The translations under genes were made by a program, and so were the position numbers. From Octopus vulgaris (taxonomy: Eukaryota): a stretch of DNA of 64,000 bases. How positions within the stretch are numbered: the stretch's first letter is position 1; the number at the start of each line of letters is the position of its first letter. The DNA lies in contig OX597823.1 in the NCBI GenBank assembly GCA_951406725.2, positions 79,422,001-79,486,000 of the forward strand. Reading direction: 5' to 3'. This document shows positions 13,510-28,953 of this stretch, one piece after another. A model generated the notes under the pieces. It ran no database searches, was not told the DNA's origin, and saw nothing but the letters and a program-made list of their open reading frames with translations.

Positions 13510-13850
13510 CCTCAGTAAAGCTGGACTCAAGAGTCATCTTCGTAGTCATAAAGCGAGACAGATGAGTGACAACCTGGTCACTGGTGGTGGTGTAACACAT
13601 CATACTAATCATATCTGTCGGGCATGTGGAAGAGAGTGTAATTCGGCAGGAGGACTTAAATGACATGCAAAAGTACATGAAGCCCAGTTACAACTACAGC
13701 CGGCTATTACCGGTAAAGGTTTTAGTTGCCAATTCTGTACAAGACTTTATAGATCTTTAGCTGGGCTAAAAAGTCACATTAGATCATAGCACCAGTAACA
13801 GTTAAGCTTCGTGCAATGGCCATACTCGATAACGAGGGAGCAGCCATAAT
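13510..13850 (+). pseudogene. 3' end of an RTE-type LINE (two C2H2-like fingers and 3' UTR)
   Basis: ICRACGRECNSAGGLK*HAKVH and SCQFCTRLYRSLAGLKSHIR, then a short UTR ending in (ATGT)n. Confidence 0.6.
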
Positions 13851-13944
13851 GTATGTATGTATGTATGTACGTATGTATGTATGTATGTATGTATGTATGT
13901 ATGTATGTATGTATGTATGTGTATGTATATATGTATGTAATACA

Positions 13945-14342
13945 CTTTTACTTGTTTCAGTTATTTGACTGCGGCCATGCTGGAGTACCGCCTTTAGTCG
14001 AGCAAATCGACCCTAGGACTTATTCTTTGGAAGCCTAGTACTTCTATCGGTCTCTTTTACCGAACCGCTAATTTACGGGGACGTAAACACACCAGCATCG
14101 GTTGTGAAGTGTTGTTGGGAGACAAACACAGACACACAAACATACACACACACATACATATACGTATATACATATATACGACGGGCTTCTTTCAGTTTTC
14201 GTCTACCAAATCCACTCACAAGGCTTTGGTCGGCCCGAGGCTGTACCAGAAGACAGTTGCACAATGTGCCACGCAGTGGGACCGAACCCGGAACCATGTG
14301 GTTTGTAAGCAAGCTACTTACCACACAGCCACTCCTACGCCT
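13945..14342 (-). mobile_element. SINE family B, full length
   Basis: Homologous to 26805-27194. Confidence 0.9.
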
Positions 14343-15006
14343 ATTGTATGTACATTAATCACTGATCGTTGCATTTGAAAAGGAGAGATTGGTGAGTTCC
14401 ACTCGGTGTAAATAAATATTAATGTTCTTACAATCGAAATCACTGCTTTGTGATTTCTTTTGACGACGCTTACGCCTCTTTCTAATCCTGAATCTCTATA
14501 AATACGTCTTTGGTCTTCGAGCAGATTCTACTCACACAATTCCGTTCACAATCCGTTGGGAAACGTACACGTGCGATTATTTCCACATTACCAATGAAAG
14601 CATATAAACAAATCTCTAGAATGTCAACTCGAACCCATAGTCACGTATTGGTAAAACAAATTTCTTAAACATAAGGCCATGTGTACGTCATGTTATAAAA
14701 CTTTTCTACCAACAAGTGTCTTAAAAGCAAGCGCACATCGGAAACCTTTTATATGTTTGACGTATATGAAATTACATAGAATTCTATAATAGAAGAGAGG
14801 AGGTCACTTTAACGGTATAGAGTTGTCTTTCAGATATTTCCATGTCATTTCATACTCACTTCACTCAGATATACGAATCACTAAAATGTAATCAATAGTT
14901 ATATTTCTATCTTTCTACTGAAAGCCACATCATACATGTACACACATATACATATACACATTAGCATACGCATAGATATACACACACACAAACTCACACA
15001 CACATG

Positions 15007-15067
<61 letters not shown>

Positions 15068-15150
15068 TACATATACAGCACGTAGGTGGCTGTGTGTATG
15101 CACGTGCATACATAACGGCAATGATGTTTAAATATGTTTGTATGTATGCA

Positions 15151-15208
<58 letters not shown>

Positions 15209-15345
15209 GTATATACGCATGCGCATCTTTATGGAAATAGATTTAATAATCTTGGGAACAATGTGTTCTAAAAAAAATACAGTTTTACGATGAGTTTATG
15301 TCAGATTAATATGATGCATACACATAAAACGTAAACCTTTGTTTA

Positions 15346-15580
15346 TAGTACGCAATATGGTAGTCATATACATACATAGAAACGGAAACACACACACACA
15401 GTCACAAATTTACACACACAGGTATATAAATACATATGTACACTTAAATATAAATATATATATGTATATATATATATATAACATATATACATGTATAATA
15501 TAGTACGCAATATGGATGTCATATACATACACAGAAACGGGAATACACACACACCGTCACACACAAAGACGTGTACACAT

Positions 15581-15638
<58 letters not shown>

Positions 15639-15730
15639 ATAGTACGCAATATGAAAGTCATATACATAGAAACGGAAACACACATACGCAGTAACACATA
15701 TGTATATAAATATATATGTACATTTAAATA
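15346..15730. repeat. Three ~150-bp tandem units beginning atagtacgcaatatg, interleaved with TA/CA tracts
   Basis: The motif recurs at about 15346, 15500 and 15638. Confidence 0.8.
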
Positions 15731-15860
15731 TAAATAAATATATTTAATATATATACACATACACACAAACATATATATATTTTTATATATGTGCTTACGT
15801 ACATTTATACATGTGTAAATAATGTGTACAGTAGCATAGATGCATATATACAATCATATA

Positions 15861-15894
<34 letters not shown>

Positions 15895-15939
15895 TATATA
15901 TATATGTGTGTGTATGTGTGTGTGTATGTGTGTGTGTGT

Positions 15940-15975
<36 letters not shown>

Positions 15976-16925
15976 GTAGGGTTGCATATTTAAAATTGTG
16001 ACGGCATTGTATCGTTTTCTGTAAAGGATTTATAGGCAGTTTTATTGCATTTGTTTTAAAGAAAGAAGAACCAAAGCACACAAAGCAGTTAATTTTTTTG
16101 AAAATATTTACATAAGATATCCTCTATTCTGCATAGAAACTTTTGCAATATCCGTCCGACGATCGCGACAACCATTAATACTTCATGATTCTTGGTTTTC
16201 CATTTCTTTTCTTTCCTAGTCGCTTAATCCATATTTCTTCTTTCGTTTCCATGAAGCAAGATTTTGTTATCTCTTTTTTTTTATATTTGTTTTTATAATT
16301 TTTCAGACTCTCGTTCAAACTTACTCTCCCTCTTTCCCCTCTCCCGCCCTCTTTCTCTCTCACACAAATCCAAACTCTATCAATTTGTCTATCACCCTAT
16401 CTCCTTCTCCCTCCCTCTCCCTTTCTCTCTCCCACTTTCTCTCCCCCTCTTTGTCCCCCCTCTCTCACAACTCTCTCCTTCCTTCTTTTCTTCTACCCTT
16501 CCTTTCCTTTCTTCTCCCTCATTCCTAATCTCTATCCCTCTCTCCGCTCTCCCTCTCTTTGTATATCTGTATCTCTTCTATCATAATCATATCGATATGT
16601 TCTCCCTTAATTGATGTTGTTGTCGTTGTTGTCGTCATTTGTTGTTAGAGATGTACTTTCTTTCATAGAGCTCCGCTTAGAAATAAACATTTCCACGGTT
16701 ATTTTATGAACAAAAATGTATTTTTTAATTTCTTTTCACAAACAACGACTTCGAAACAGTAGTATGCAACCTCACCCGTCTCTAGTCAACAAAACCTATA
16801 ATGTTAGACATTTCTATTCAATGAAAATATTATTGCGAAGATTCCTTGAAATTTGTTTATTGGTCTGTAAATTTGGCTACCTCGGGATAGCGCATAAAAT
16901 GCGTCGCACTGACGGTAAAGGGTAT

Positions 16926-17558
16926 AAAAGCGGAAAATCTCCTTTCGGTCATGAATGACTATGCGAATGCACCCAGAAAGTTAACCCTCCGAGGCACAAG
17001 TCCGGGCAAGATTGTTTATAGGAGACCAGCAGTCGCCCGGGAATATTAGCCTCCCCTCTCCACACCACTGATGTTATCCAAAGGAAAGGCAAAGTGGAGG
17101 CACATGGGCTAGTGGTTAGAGCAGCAGACTCGCGGTCGAGGAATCGCGGGTTCGAATCTCAGACGGGGCGATGTGCGTGTTTATGAGCGAAATATCTAAG
17201 CTCCACGCGGCTACGGCAGAAGGTAATGTCGAAATGCTGACTCTTTCGACACAACTTTCTCTCACTCTTTCCTCCTGAATCTTGCAGCTCACCTGCGACG
17301 GACCGGCGTCCCGTCCAGGTGGGGAACCTATACGCGAAGGAAACCGGGAAACCGGCCCTTATGAGCCAGGCGTGGCTCGAGAAGCAACAAACAAAGGAAA
17401 AGCAAAGGCCGATACAGCTTGAAACCAGTGACGTTGCAACACATTTCTACAGCTGAGTGAACCAGAGCAACGTGAAATAAAGTGTCTTGCTCAAGAACAT
17501 AACATGCAGCCCGATCCGAGAATGGAACTCACTACTCGACGTTCTAACCATTGAGCCA
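16926..17558 (-). mobile_element. Older tRNA-derived SINE (family E) split by a family D SINE
   Basis: Contains cagctgagtgaac...gcaacgtgaaataaagtgtcttgctcaagaac, also seen at 36740-36790. The sequence is continuous on both sides of the insert. Confidence 0.7.
17094..17391 (+). mobile_element. SINE family D nested in family E, with TSD
   Basis: TSD caaaggaaa(g/a)gcaaa at 17079-17093 and 17392-17406. Confidence 0.88.
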
Positions 17559-17574
17559 AAACGAATTTATCTTC

Positions 17575-18020
17575 AATATGAAGGTTTCAAATTTTGTCAC
17601 AAGGCCAGCAACTTTGAAGGAGGGAAAAGGTCGAGTACATCGAACCAATTGTTCAGCTGATACTTATTTAACCGTTCACCGGAAGGATAAGAGGCAAAGT
17701 CGACTTTGGCTGAATTTGAACTCAGAACCTAAAGACAGATTAAATGCCGCTAAGCATTATGCCCTGGCATGCTAACGATTCTGTTAGATCGCATCCTTCT
17801 TTATTCTCAACATATTGAAAGTACAAGGCAGCGAGCTGGCAGAGACGTTAGCACGTCGGGCGAAATGCTTAGCAGTATTTCTTCTGCCTTTACGTTCTGA
17901 GTTCAAATTCCGCCCAGGTCGACTTTGCCTTTCATCCTTTCGGGGTCGATAAATTAAGTACCAGTGGCGTACTGGGGTCGATCTAATCGACTGTCCCCCT
18001 CCCCCAGAATTTCGAGCCTA
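17575..18020. mobile_element. Two SINE family A copies head-to-head (17575-17797 minus, 17827-18020 plus)
   Basis: Family A central motif on both strands. Confidence 0.8.
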
Positions 18021-19560
18021 ACATAGTTTTTAAAATATAAACATCACATATACAATTAAATAAACAGAAATTGTTATAAACACATAGAGCCAGTGTTTGA
18101 CAAACTAAAGCAAACCATTAAATAGCATTTAAAACATATCAACTCATTCTTTGCTAGTAATAATTGGTTCTTTAGGGAATTTGAGTCATGATATCGGTAA
18201 ATAGCTAAAAGAGATTTGAATGGAATTTGTGGCATGGTGATCGGATTTCATATTTCAGGACGTTACTCTGATAATTCCTAACTGGATGGAAATAGTCCTC
18301 AGTTTTTGGTTTGAGACCAGAGCACGATAGCCGCTGATGAACAAGGTTTTTATCTACATCAGGGTCTTTGACTCTAGTCGAGTATTTGCCATGCAGCGGC
18401 CTTTGCTCCCATCTTTTCTTAACATAGTAGAGACTGGTTTGTTTGGTTATGGTTTTTATTTGTGTTGTCTTGTCTGTTGGGGACACATTTTCTTCGGGCA
18501 CTGGTTCTTCCTGTTACATTTCTTGAAGGCATATTTTCGTGATTTTCGTCACTGAGCGCATATCTTTAGTATCATCATGTTTCAGAACCAGCATTAACAT
18601 CTGTTTATTTGCTTGCTGCAGGAAGACAGAATGTCCCGTGGCTGTAATTTTCAATGGTATTCAAATTTGTATTAACCCCCGACCGCTTTCTTTTCTTGGG
18701 AGATATATATTCGGTCTGTGTCTTCCTTTTTTGAGTAATACATACAATGCATTGTCATCAGCTTTCATATTTTGACATCAACTTTGTTGATCTCAGGGAC
18801 GGACTAGTTTGATCTGTATGTGATTATAGGCATGACCAATGTATCTATGGCCTCAATTTTATTTCTGGATTTGAGCTCACTTTTCAGAATGCTTCTTCTT
18901 CTTCTTCTTCTTCTTCTTCTTCTTCTTCTTCTTCTTCTTCTTCTTCTTCTTCTTCTTCTTCTTCTTCTTCTTCTTCTTCTTCTCCTTCTTCTTCGGTAGT
19001 AGTCCTTCCTTATCTTTCTCATTAGCAAGTGTTTAATTCCATATCTTTCGCTCCTAGAACTTATAACTGCCCCGCGTTTCTAATTCTTCTATCTCGGTGG
19101 CTCTATCTAGGATGATGTTGTATGTATTTGATAGCTTTCTCTTGATAAATGTAGCCTTGGCGTATTTGTCAAACCTAAATTCCATTTTGATGCCATCGCT
19201 AAATTGTTTGACTGTATGTAAGAATGTTTGCAGATCTTGATAATTCTATAAAGAAGAGATGAGTAATCGTTTTTCTATAACGCTTTGTGGTCACAATTTC
19301 TTTCATTAATGCTATTACTTAGAGGAAACAGTGGTAAACAGCAAAAAAAAACAAGAAATAATGACCCTTCTTGAAAGATTCCACATTAATATTGAGTTTA
19401 ACATCGTTTATATTTGCAGAGTGTCATTGTTGATAATAAATGTCGCTTTTTAGAGCTTCTTGGCGTGAGATACAAAATTCAAGACTAATGGTGAAGTTTT
19501 GAACATCTTCAAGATATTTTTCATCCAACTGTGAGGAATATTATCAGAGGCCTTTCAGGT
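18020..19560 (-). pseudogene. Degraded R4/Dong-type LINE reverse transcriptase region with an internal (CTT)n expansion
   Basis: Minus-strand motifs in the expected order: ASDNIPHSWM, GIFQEGS, FSDGIKMEF, ILKSELKSRNKIEAI, IYLPRKESGRG, WEQRPLHGKY. Confidence 0.8.
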
Positions 19561-19605
19561 CACAGAGAGATGTTTTTTCCTGCTGTTAGTATCATTAATA
19601 TTATT

Positions 19606-19775
19606 ATATAGTGAGAGAGCAGCACACACCATCAAAGTGACACTGACGTACAAATAGACGAGGCTCAGTATACCCATTGTGACTACCCGTCTAAGTATAC
19701 ACAAGGCACATGCATCACAACAGTATGTGCGCAACATGGGGATCTCATATCACAATAAGTAGCACCTAGCCATGC
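19606..19775 (-). mobile_element. 3' part of repeat family T
   Basis: Reverse complement of the end of 54571-55108 (cagtgtcactttgatgg...ctctctcac). Confidence 0.65.
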
Positions 19776-19987
19776 GACAATTCGTTTTTTATGCATTCTG
19801 AGTTCAAATCCCAACTAAATCGACTTTACTCAGCAGTATTTTTTCATTCAGAATTTAAATTACCCTGAGATCGACTTTGCCTTTCATCCTTTTAGTGTCG
19901 GTAAAATAAGTACCAGTTGAACACTGGGGTTGATTTGATCAACTTGCCCCCCTCTTACAAAATTTCAGCACCGTGCTTATAGTAGAA

Positions 19988-20040
<53 letters not shown>

Positions 20041-20086
20041 GATTATTATTGTTATTATTATTATCATTATTATTATTATTTTCAAA

Positions 20087-20445
20087 GGCAGCGAGCTGGC
20101 AGAAACGTTAGCACCGCCAGCGAAATGCTTACCAGTATTTCGTCTGCCGTTACGTTCTGAGTCCAAATTCCGCCGAGGTCGACTTTGCCGTTCATCCTTT
20201 CGGGATCGATAAATTAAGTACCAGTTACGCACTGGGGTCGATGTAATTGGCTTAATCCGCTTGCCTGTCTTTGTTTATCCTCTCTGTGTTTAGCCCCTTG
20301 TGGGTAGTAAAGAAATAGGTATTTTGTCAGCCACTACGTTCTGATTTCAAATTCCGCCGAGGTAGACTTTGCCTTCTATCTTTTCGGGGTCGATATTTGA
20401 CATAACCCCTCATCCAAATTTCAGGCATTGTGCCTATAGTAGAAA
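20087..20445 (+). mobile_element. SINE family A dimer
   Basis: The second unit restarts at ggtattt (20318), directly after the taaagaaata tail. Confidence 0.88.
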
Positions 20446-21059
20446 ATATTATTACTATTGTTATTATTATCATTATTGTTTTTTTTTTATAGTTTTTATT
20501 ATTATTGTCAGCACTCTAATTTTAAAACAATGCTATCATCTTTTATCTTTCATAGCTTACATAAAATATCTCTCAAATTCTGTATCCCTTCATCACAGTG
20601 AGAATTTACTAACATCTATATTTCAACGTTGCTGTAATTTTTTTCCTCCCTGCAGCAACACTTCGCTCGTTTTGTATTCTCATATCTGACTCCCATCTTA
20701 TAGATGTATCGTTTTATGCAACCAACTGTATTTCATAACGTTATTTCTATTTCCCATTATTATACTCTGTCTTTTCGGCTATTATTAAATGGTAAACACG
20801 CAGTATTCTAGGAATACATTTCACAGTTAGCATTAGTAAATGTATTTTACTGTCGTTAAGTGAAATCTATTATTTTTTTTATGGTTACACCCGTATCCTC
20901 ATTGTTGTTTTAGCGTTTCTATGCGACTATTTGTGATAATGTAATAGCATGTCTTTTAACTAACACTTGCATCTCCCTCCAATTATTTCTCTAGGTATAT
21001 TTTATATGTATGTGTGTATACAGACATATATTTACATACAAGCATATATGGAGTCGCAA

Positions 21060-23365
<2,306 letters not shown>

Positions 23366-23707
23366 ACAGAGACAGAGTGACATACATGTGTGTGTATTAC
23401 ATATATATACACACATCTATGAACGATAATGATGGTAGCATTAATGGTATTGACAACGATAATGATGCTAACTTTAATGACACTTTTGAAATTAGTAGGA
23501 AATAATATAATGTACTATTGACTATGTATATTTGCATCTAGGTACTAATATGTGTATGTTTATTATCACAATATTAAGTTGAAAAACTGAAACATTGAAT
23601 GTGGAACATATATATGTTTACTAATTTATATTATTTATTTGCATTATTATGTATATTTATATTTTTATATGTTTAGGAGTGTGAGTATATGCACTCATAT
23701 ATATATG

Positions 23708-23840
23708 TATATCTTCAAAGAGGCCTTATGATACTTTTGTAAATGTCTCATTTATATCCATATATTGACCTACCATAATAGGCTAATATTGGTAAAATGA
23801 GACATACTTATCTACATGGACGAAACAGCTGTAAGATGTA
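23708..23840 (+). ncRNA. Degenerate hammerhead-like motif with a long helix II
   Basis: tatatct [TCAAAGA] ... atgtctcattt/aaatgagacat hairpin ... GAA ACAGCTGT A agatgta. The core is decayed. Confidence 0.4.
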
Positions 23841-24073
23841 ATCTATACTTATATTTACTTATATTTATATTCTCTTTTTTATATATTTTCTACTTATACA
23901 ACATTACTCTTTTATGTATACTTTTTATCTACATTCCTTTGTGTACACTGATTTGTTCTGCTTTTTTATGTTTAACCCTACAGTCTCTTATGTGGTGGTT
24001 TAATAAAGTATGTGATTGAGTATTATCTGATAATTGATATTTGATTTAGATGTATTTCTCCATTTTCTTATCT

Positions 24074-24117
<44 letters not shown>

Positions 24118-24443
24118 TGTATGTATGTATGTATGTATGTATGTATGTGTATGTATGTTACTGTCACCATTATTCTGACAACTATATGTGCACGTAGGTG
24201 CGTGTGGCTTCCTATCTGCGTGATTATGTGTATTATTTTCTTATATTGTAAGTTTTTCTACTTAAACTGTCTATGCCCTTTCCTTTCCTCACTTTCTCAC
24301 TTATTATGCAGACAAGCGTTCCTGTTCGTCTGATGTTCTATTCTCTCTTTTACTAAAATATAATTGAATATAAACCGCATAAGACGAGTAGGGAAACGAA
24401 ACCACCATTTGACTTCTAGTCACATCGTTTTATTTATTCTATA

Positions 24444-24888
24444 CTAGCAGTATCGCCCGGCGTTGCTCGGGTTTGTAAGGGAAATAACTATGTAAGCATT
24501 TTAGAGAGTTACTTCCCTTATAGATGCCAATTCGGGCTTTCTTAGCCATTTCTGTTTTGGTGTCTTCAAACCATGAAGTCGTTGTTCTAAAAGAACGCTG
24601 GTCTCCTTGACAACGCTTTACGACGTTGATTTCCTTACACTCCCTTCCCCACAGCTTGACGAGGGAGGGAAGAAGGGGGAGAAGCAAACAGGTGCAGGTG
24701 TGATGTTAAATTATTTTTAAAATCGTAGACTCATCGTAGACGCGCGCTAATACTCAGACGGGCTCGATATGAATCACGACTATAAGATACCCGAATTTGG
24801 TTAAACTGCACCGCAAAATGTGGGAGTAGTTAGGAATCTAAATCGTAGGAGACAGACACTCACACAACTACAGTTTTATATATATAGA
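24444..24888 (-). mobile_element. Non-autonomous Helitron, subfamily 2, complete
   Basis: Minus strand A|TCTATATATATAAAA ... cccgagcaacgccggg hairpin ... CTAG|T. Confidence 0.88.
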
Positions 24889-25157
24889 TATTAACCGCAT
24901 AAGACGAGTAGGGAAACGAAACCACCGTTTGACTTCTAGTCACATCGTTTTATTTATTCTATATATATATCGAGCATGTTCAGCTACCAGAAGTCATAAT
25001 TTCCAGTAGAATCTTTAATCTTTTCGACAAAATGTTTTTATTAACTTAGGTGTTATCATATATTTAAATATTTTTTTTTATTTCTTAAATTTTCTGGGAA
25101 TTGTTTAGTAATAGTGCTTACACACGCTTATGAAAGTGGCTCGTTTTTGTAATATGT

Positions 25158-25480
25158 TTCTTTATTAGCCACACAGGGCTGCACACAGATAGAACAAATT
25201 ACAAGGTAGAGCTTTTCTTTTGAAGGTTTAAAAAAAAAAAAAAAAAAAAAGGAAGGGGGAGTTTCGATCAAAAGGGATCGTAAAAGGAGAGAAAGAGGAC
25301 AAAAAAAAGGGGGGTTAAAAAAAGGGGGAGAGGAAAAAAAAATTGATCAATAGGGATCGTTATCACAGAAATGTCAATATGAAGTGTAAAGGGGAGGACA
25401 GGTGAGGTTTACCCGTGGAAAGAAAAGCCTACGGAAAAGACCACGGTAACCTCGGTCAATGAAGTCACATTTTATATTTC
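25158..25480 (-). mobile_element. 3' UTR of a LINE-like retroposon; the same 3' end occurs as a ~63-bp stub at 22142-22204
   Basis: Minus strand ends ...ctgtgtgcagccctgtgtggctaataaagaaa; the stub is nearly identical. Confidence 0.55.
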
Positions 25481-26059
25481 TTTTTTTTTTTTTGTAATAT
25501 ATAAACTTTGAATATAGAGATCCCTCGGCTGTTTTTGTTCTTCTTGTTCGTATACGGGTTTCTGTGTGGAATAATAATGCGAACATTCGGTAGTATGTAT
25601 CATAAATAGTACGCAATAAATAAATACGTAAAGACATGTAATTCTGAAATGCGAAAAGCGTTCAAAATTTATTCTAAATATTGCTACGAGCTTATATCTA
25701 ACGATATTAGCCGACATTCCGTTCGTAAATTAATTAGATTTATTTGATATTTTACTAGATACTTGAAAGTCTTTTCTGTAAATGTGTTGGTATGTGTGTG
25801 TAAAAATTGCGTGTGTATATGTAAAAGTATTGCTTGTGTGAGTATGTTTATCTGTGTGTAATTTGGTTAAATACAAAGTGATCTGCGGAAATATCTCTAG
25901 CAGACGAACGCATACACTTCAAAGCGATTCTTCTCTGATTGCAATCCAATGATCAAAACAAGTAAATCATAAAAATCAACAGATAAGTTACTCGTATATA
26001 ATATATCAGCCATTATAAAAAAAAAATTGCTTTGTTTTATGGTGGGGGTTTAAAATGTG

Positions 26060-26600
26060 TATACGGTGAATTGTAGAATTTTTCAGACTTTTTCGTGTAA
26101 GGTTTTGATTAATTTCAAAACTCTATCTTTCAAAGTAGGATCCTCTCTCTTCAATGCATTTGTTGTAGCACTCCAGTCACTATACAAAGGTTCCATTGAA
26201 GTCCTCTAAAGCGAAGGTTTCGAAGATCCTTGTCACAGCCATTTTCATTTTCAAAATGACTGCCTTCGAAGTTCTTCAGATTGAGGTACAACCAAAAGTC
26301 ACAGCGAGCAAGTTCTGGGCTGTAAAGAGAGTGAAAGAAAGTTTTGATGCTAATTTCTGTCAAGTACTTGGTTACCAGGACGCTCGTCACTCAGATCTCT
26401 GGAAACAAAGTTTGCACAAGTTTTGTGCCTGTTCAGATTTTCATGAATAATTCTGCATACAGATATCACGCCAACTCCAAATTGAATGCATATCGGTCTT
26501 CATCGAGAAAATTGCGAATTTTCTCTGCAACCTCTGATGCTCAGATACCCTTCTCCATCCCACACTTTTCATCGTCTCTCACCTCTTGTCTACCTTCCTT
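26060..26600 (-). pseudogene. Degraded mariner transposase (catalytic domain and C-terminus)
   Basis: HSLYSPELARCDFWLY corresponds to the mariner YSPDLAPxDF motif. C-terminus YNKCIEERGSYFER*. Confidence 0.8.
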
Positions 26601-26716
26601 CTTGTAGTATTTATATTTTACATATATATATAAGAAAATGGAAGGATTAATAAATCCCGGCAGATATAAAGCACAGTTTTAAAAGAATTTGGTTAATAGT
26701 ATCGCCCTCGAAAATT

Positions 26717-26780
26717 TCTAATATTATATAATTCTAATATTATATAATTCTAATATTATATAAATTCTAATATTATATAA
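26717..26780. repeat. ~16-bp AT-rich minisatellite (ttctaatattatataa), 4 copies
   Basis: Read directly. Confidence 0.9.
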
Positions 26781-26804
26781 ATATTAATACAATAGAAACA
26801 AATA

Positions 26805-27194
26805 GGCGCAGGAGTGGCTGTGTGGTAAGTAGCTTGTTTACCAACCACATGGTTCCGGGTTCAGTCCCACTGCGTGGCAGCTTGGGCATGTGTCTTCTAC
26901 TATAGCCTCGGGCCGACCAAAGCCTTGTGAGCGGATTTGGTAGACGGAAACTGAAAGAAGCCCGTCGTATATATATATGCGTGTGTGTGTCTGTGTTTGT
27001 CCCCCTAGCATTGCTTGACAACCGATGCTGGTGTGTTTATGTCCCCGTTACTTAGCGGTTCGGCAAAAAAGACCGATAGAATAAGTACTGGGCTTACAAA
27101 AGAATAAGTCCCGGGGTCGAGTTGCTCGATTAAAGGCGGTGCTCCAGCATGGCCGCAGTCAAATGACTGAAACAAGTAAAAGAGAGAGTAAAAG
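26805..27194 (+). mobile_element. SINE family B, full length, young-looking
   Basis: TGGCTGTGTGG A-box-like and GGTTCAGTCCC B-box-like head, internal TA/GT tract, aaaagag tail. Confidence 0.9.
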
Positions 27195-27277
27195 ATTAAA
27201 TTGCCAGCTTTTTAAGATGAATTCAAGAATAAAGATGTAACTTTCTCTATACGTACGTTTTGTTGTTTATATATATA

Positions 27278-27790
27278 CTAGCAGTATCGCCCGGCGTTGC
27301 TCGGGTTTGTAAGGGAAATAACTATATAAGCATTTTTAGGGAGTTACTTCCCTTATAGATGCCAATTTGGGTTTTCTTAGCCATTTCTGTTTTGGTGTCT
27401 TCAAGCCATGAAGTCGTTGTTCTAAAAGAACGCTGGTCTCCTTGACAACGCTTTACGACGTTGATTTCCTTACACTCCCTTCCCCACAGCTTGACGAGGG
27501 AGGGAAGAAGGGGGAGAAGCAAACAGGTGCAGATGTGACCATGGACGCCAACTCCGCCGCCATCGACACACGAAAAATTATGCATTAAAATGGAATAAAA
27601 AATTATGTTAAATCATTTTTAAAATCGTAGACTAATCGTAGACGCGCGCTAATACTGAGACGGGCTCGATATAAATCACGACTATAAGATACCCGGTTTT
27701 GGTTAAACTGCACCGCAAAATGTGGGAGTAGTTAGGAATCTAAATCGAAGGGGACAGACACTCACACAACTACAGTTTTATATATATATA
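27278..27790 (-). mobile_element. Non-autonomous Helitron, subfamily 2
   Basis: Near-identical to 24444-24888 plus ~60 bp of extra internal sequence; has the CTAG end and hairpin. Confidence 0.88.
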
Positions 27791-28346
27791 TATCCTCGTA
27801 TACATGAACATATACATGAATCTACATATTAGTGTGTGTGTGTGTCTGTGTGCGTTACATACTAATATGTATGACTAATAATTATATTTGAACGTGTCTT
27901 ATATCCTCTGTGTTCATCTGTTACATTTTATCAATTTTCTAAATGCCAATAAACTTAAGAACAGCAAATTCATAAATGATTTTATTATGTGTAAATGTCA
28001 GTCCAGCCACTAATAGGCGAGTCTTCCATGTCAGTTGAATCGAGTCATGTCATTTAATTCATCCACCGTAAGTAATTCATAGTGAGTCGCTATATGGATG
28101 CTTGACTTGCTAGAAATAGCAGCTAAATTTCTCTAAATATTACACGTTTCTGTATTTAACGAAGAGGATCACATTTTACATTTTAGTCTTTTATATTCAC
28201 AAACCAACGCGATGGACGTGGCCGGAAGGCGTTTTATTAAAACCATTCTGCAATGATCAAAATTAAAGAGAATATCATTAGATATTAAACTTATTGCTAT
28301 AGCCATTTCCAATCTTTTCATAATTGATGACTTCATGGTTTGAAAG

Positions 28347-28915
28347 TGTTGTATGGGCTAGACGATGAAGTAAGCTAGCCCAATACGTAGATATAGAGGA
28401 AATTAACGCTAAGAGAATAAGATATGCTAGTTTCCCACCAAAGATACAAATATGACAAAGTTTTTGCAGGTGTATAGAATAACATCGGATCCAAATGCAG
28501 AGTCGGGTAGGTCACCTGCAGATTTGATGTTTTCCAGAAAAAAATCGTTCTATTTTTGACATATGGTTGCCGAGCGGGAAGAAAAACGAAACTTTTTAAC
28601 ACAGGTGACAAAGTGTATTTTAAAATATATAGTAACAGAAAACAGGACTGGGAACAAGGAAGTATAACAGGACGAGATAAATTCGGGTTTAAAAAGCTCA
28701 TAGGGAGAGGTGTTGTGTGGACGCCCAGACGATGCAGTAGGCTAGCCCAATACGTAGATATAGAGGAAATTAACGCTAAGAGAAAAGGATATGCCAGTTT
28801 CTCACCGGATACAAATATGACAAAGTTTTTCCAGGTGTATAGAATAACACCGAATCCAAATGCAGAGTTGAGTAGAGGTCATCCGAACGTGCGATATAAC
28901 AGTGGCGACGAGGAT
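28347..28915 (+). mobile_element. Internally deleted Gypsy-type LTR element: LTR (28347-28516), integrase C-terminal remnant, PPT (28702-28710), LTR (28711-28901), PBS (28903-28915)
   Basis: Two direct repeats starting TGTTG, the second ending ATAACA. AGGGAGAGG polypurine tract. TGGCGACGAGGAT is complementary to the 3' end of a tRNA-Ser(GCT)-type tRNA. Translation FNTGDKVYFKIYSNRKQDWEQGSI. Confidence 0.75.
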
Positions 28916-28953
28916 TTCGTAGCTCACACAGCCACTGTGTAGTATTGCGATAG

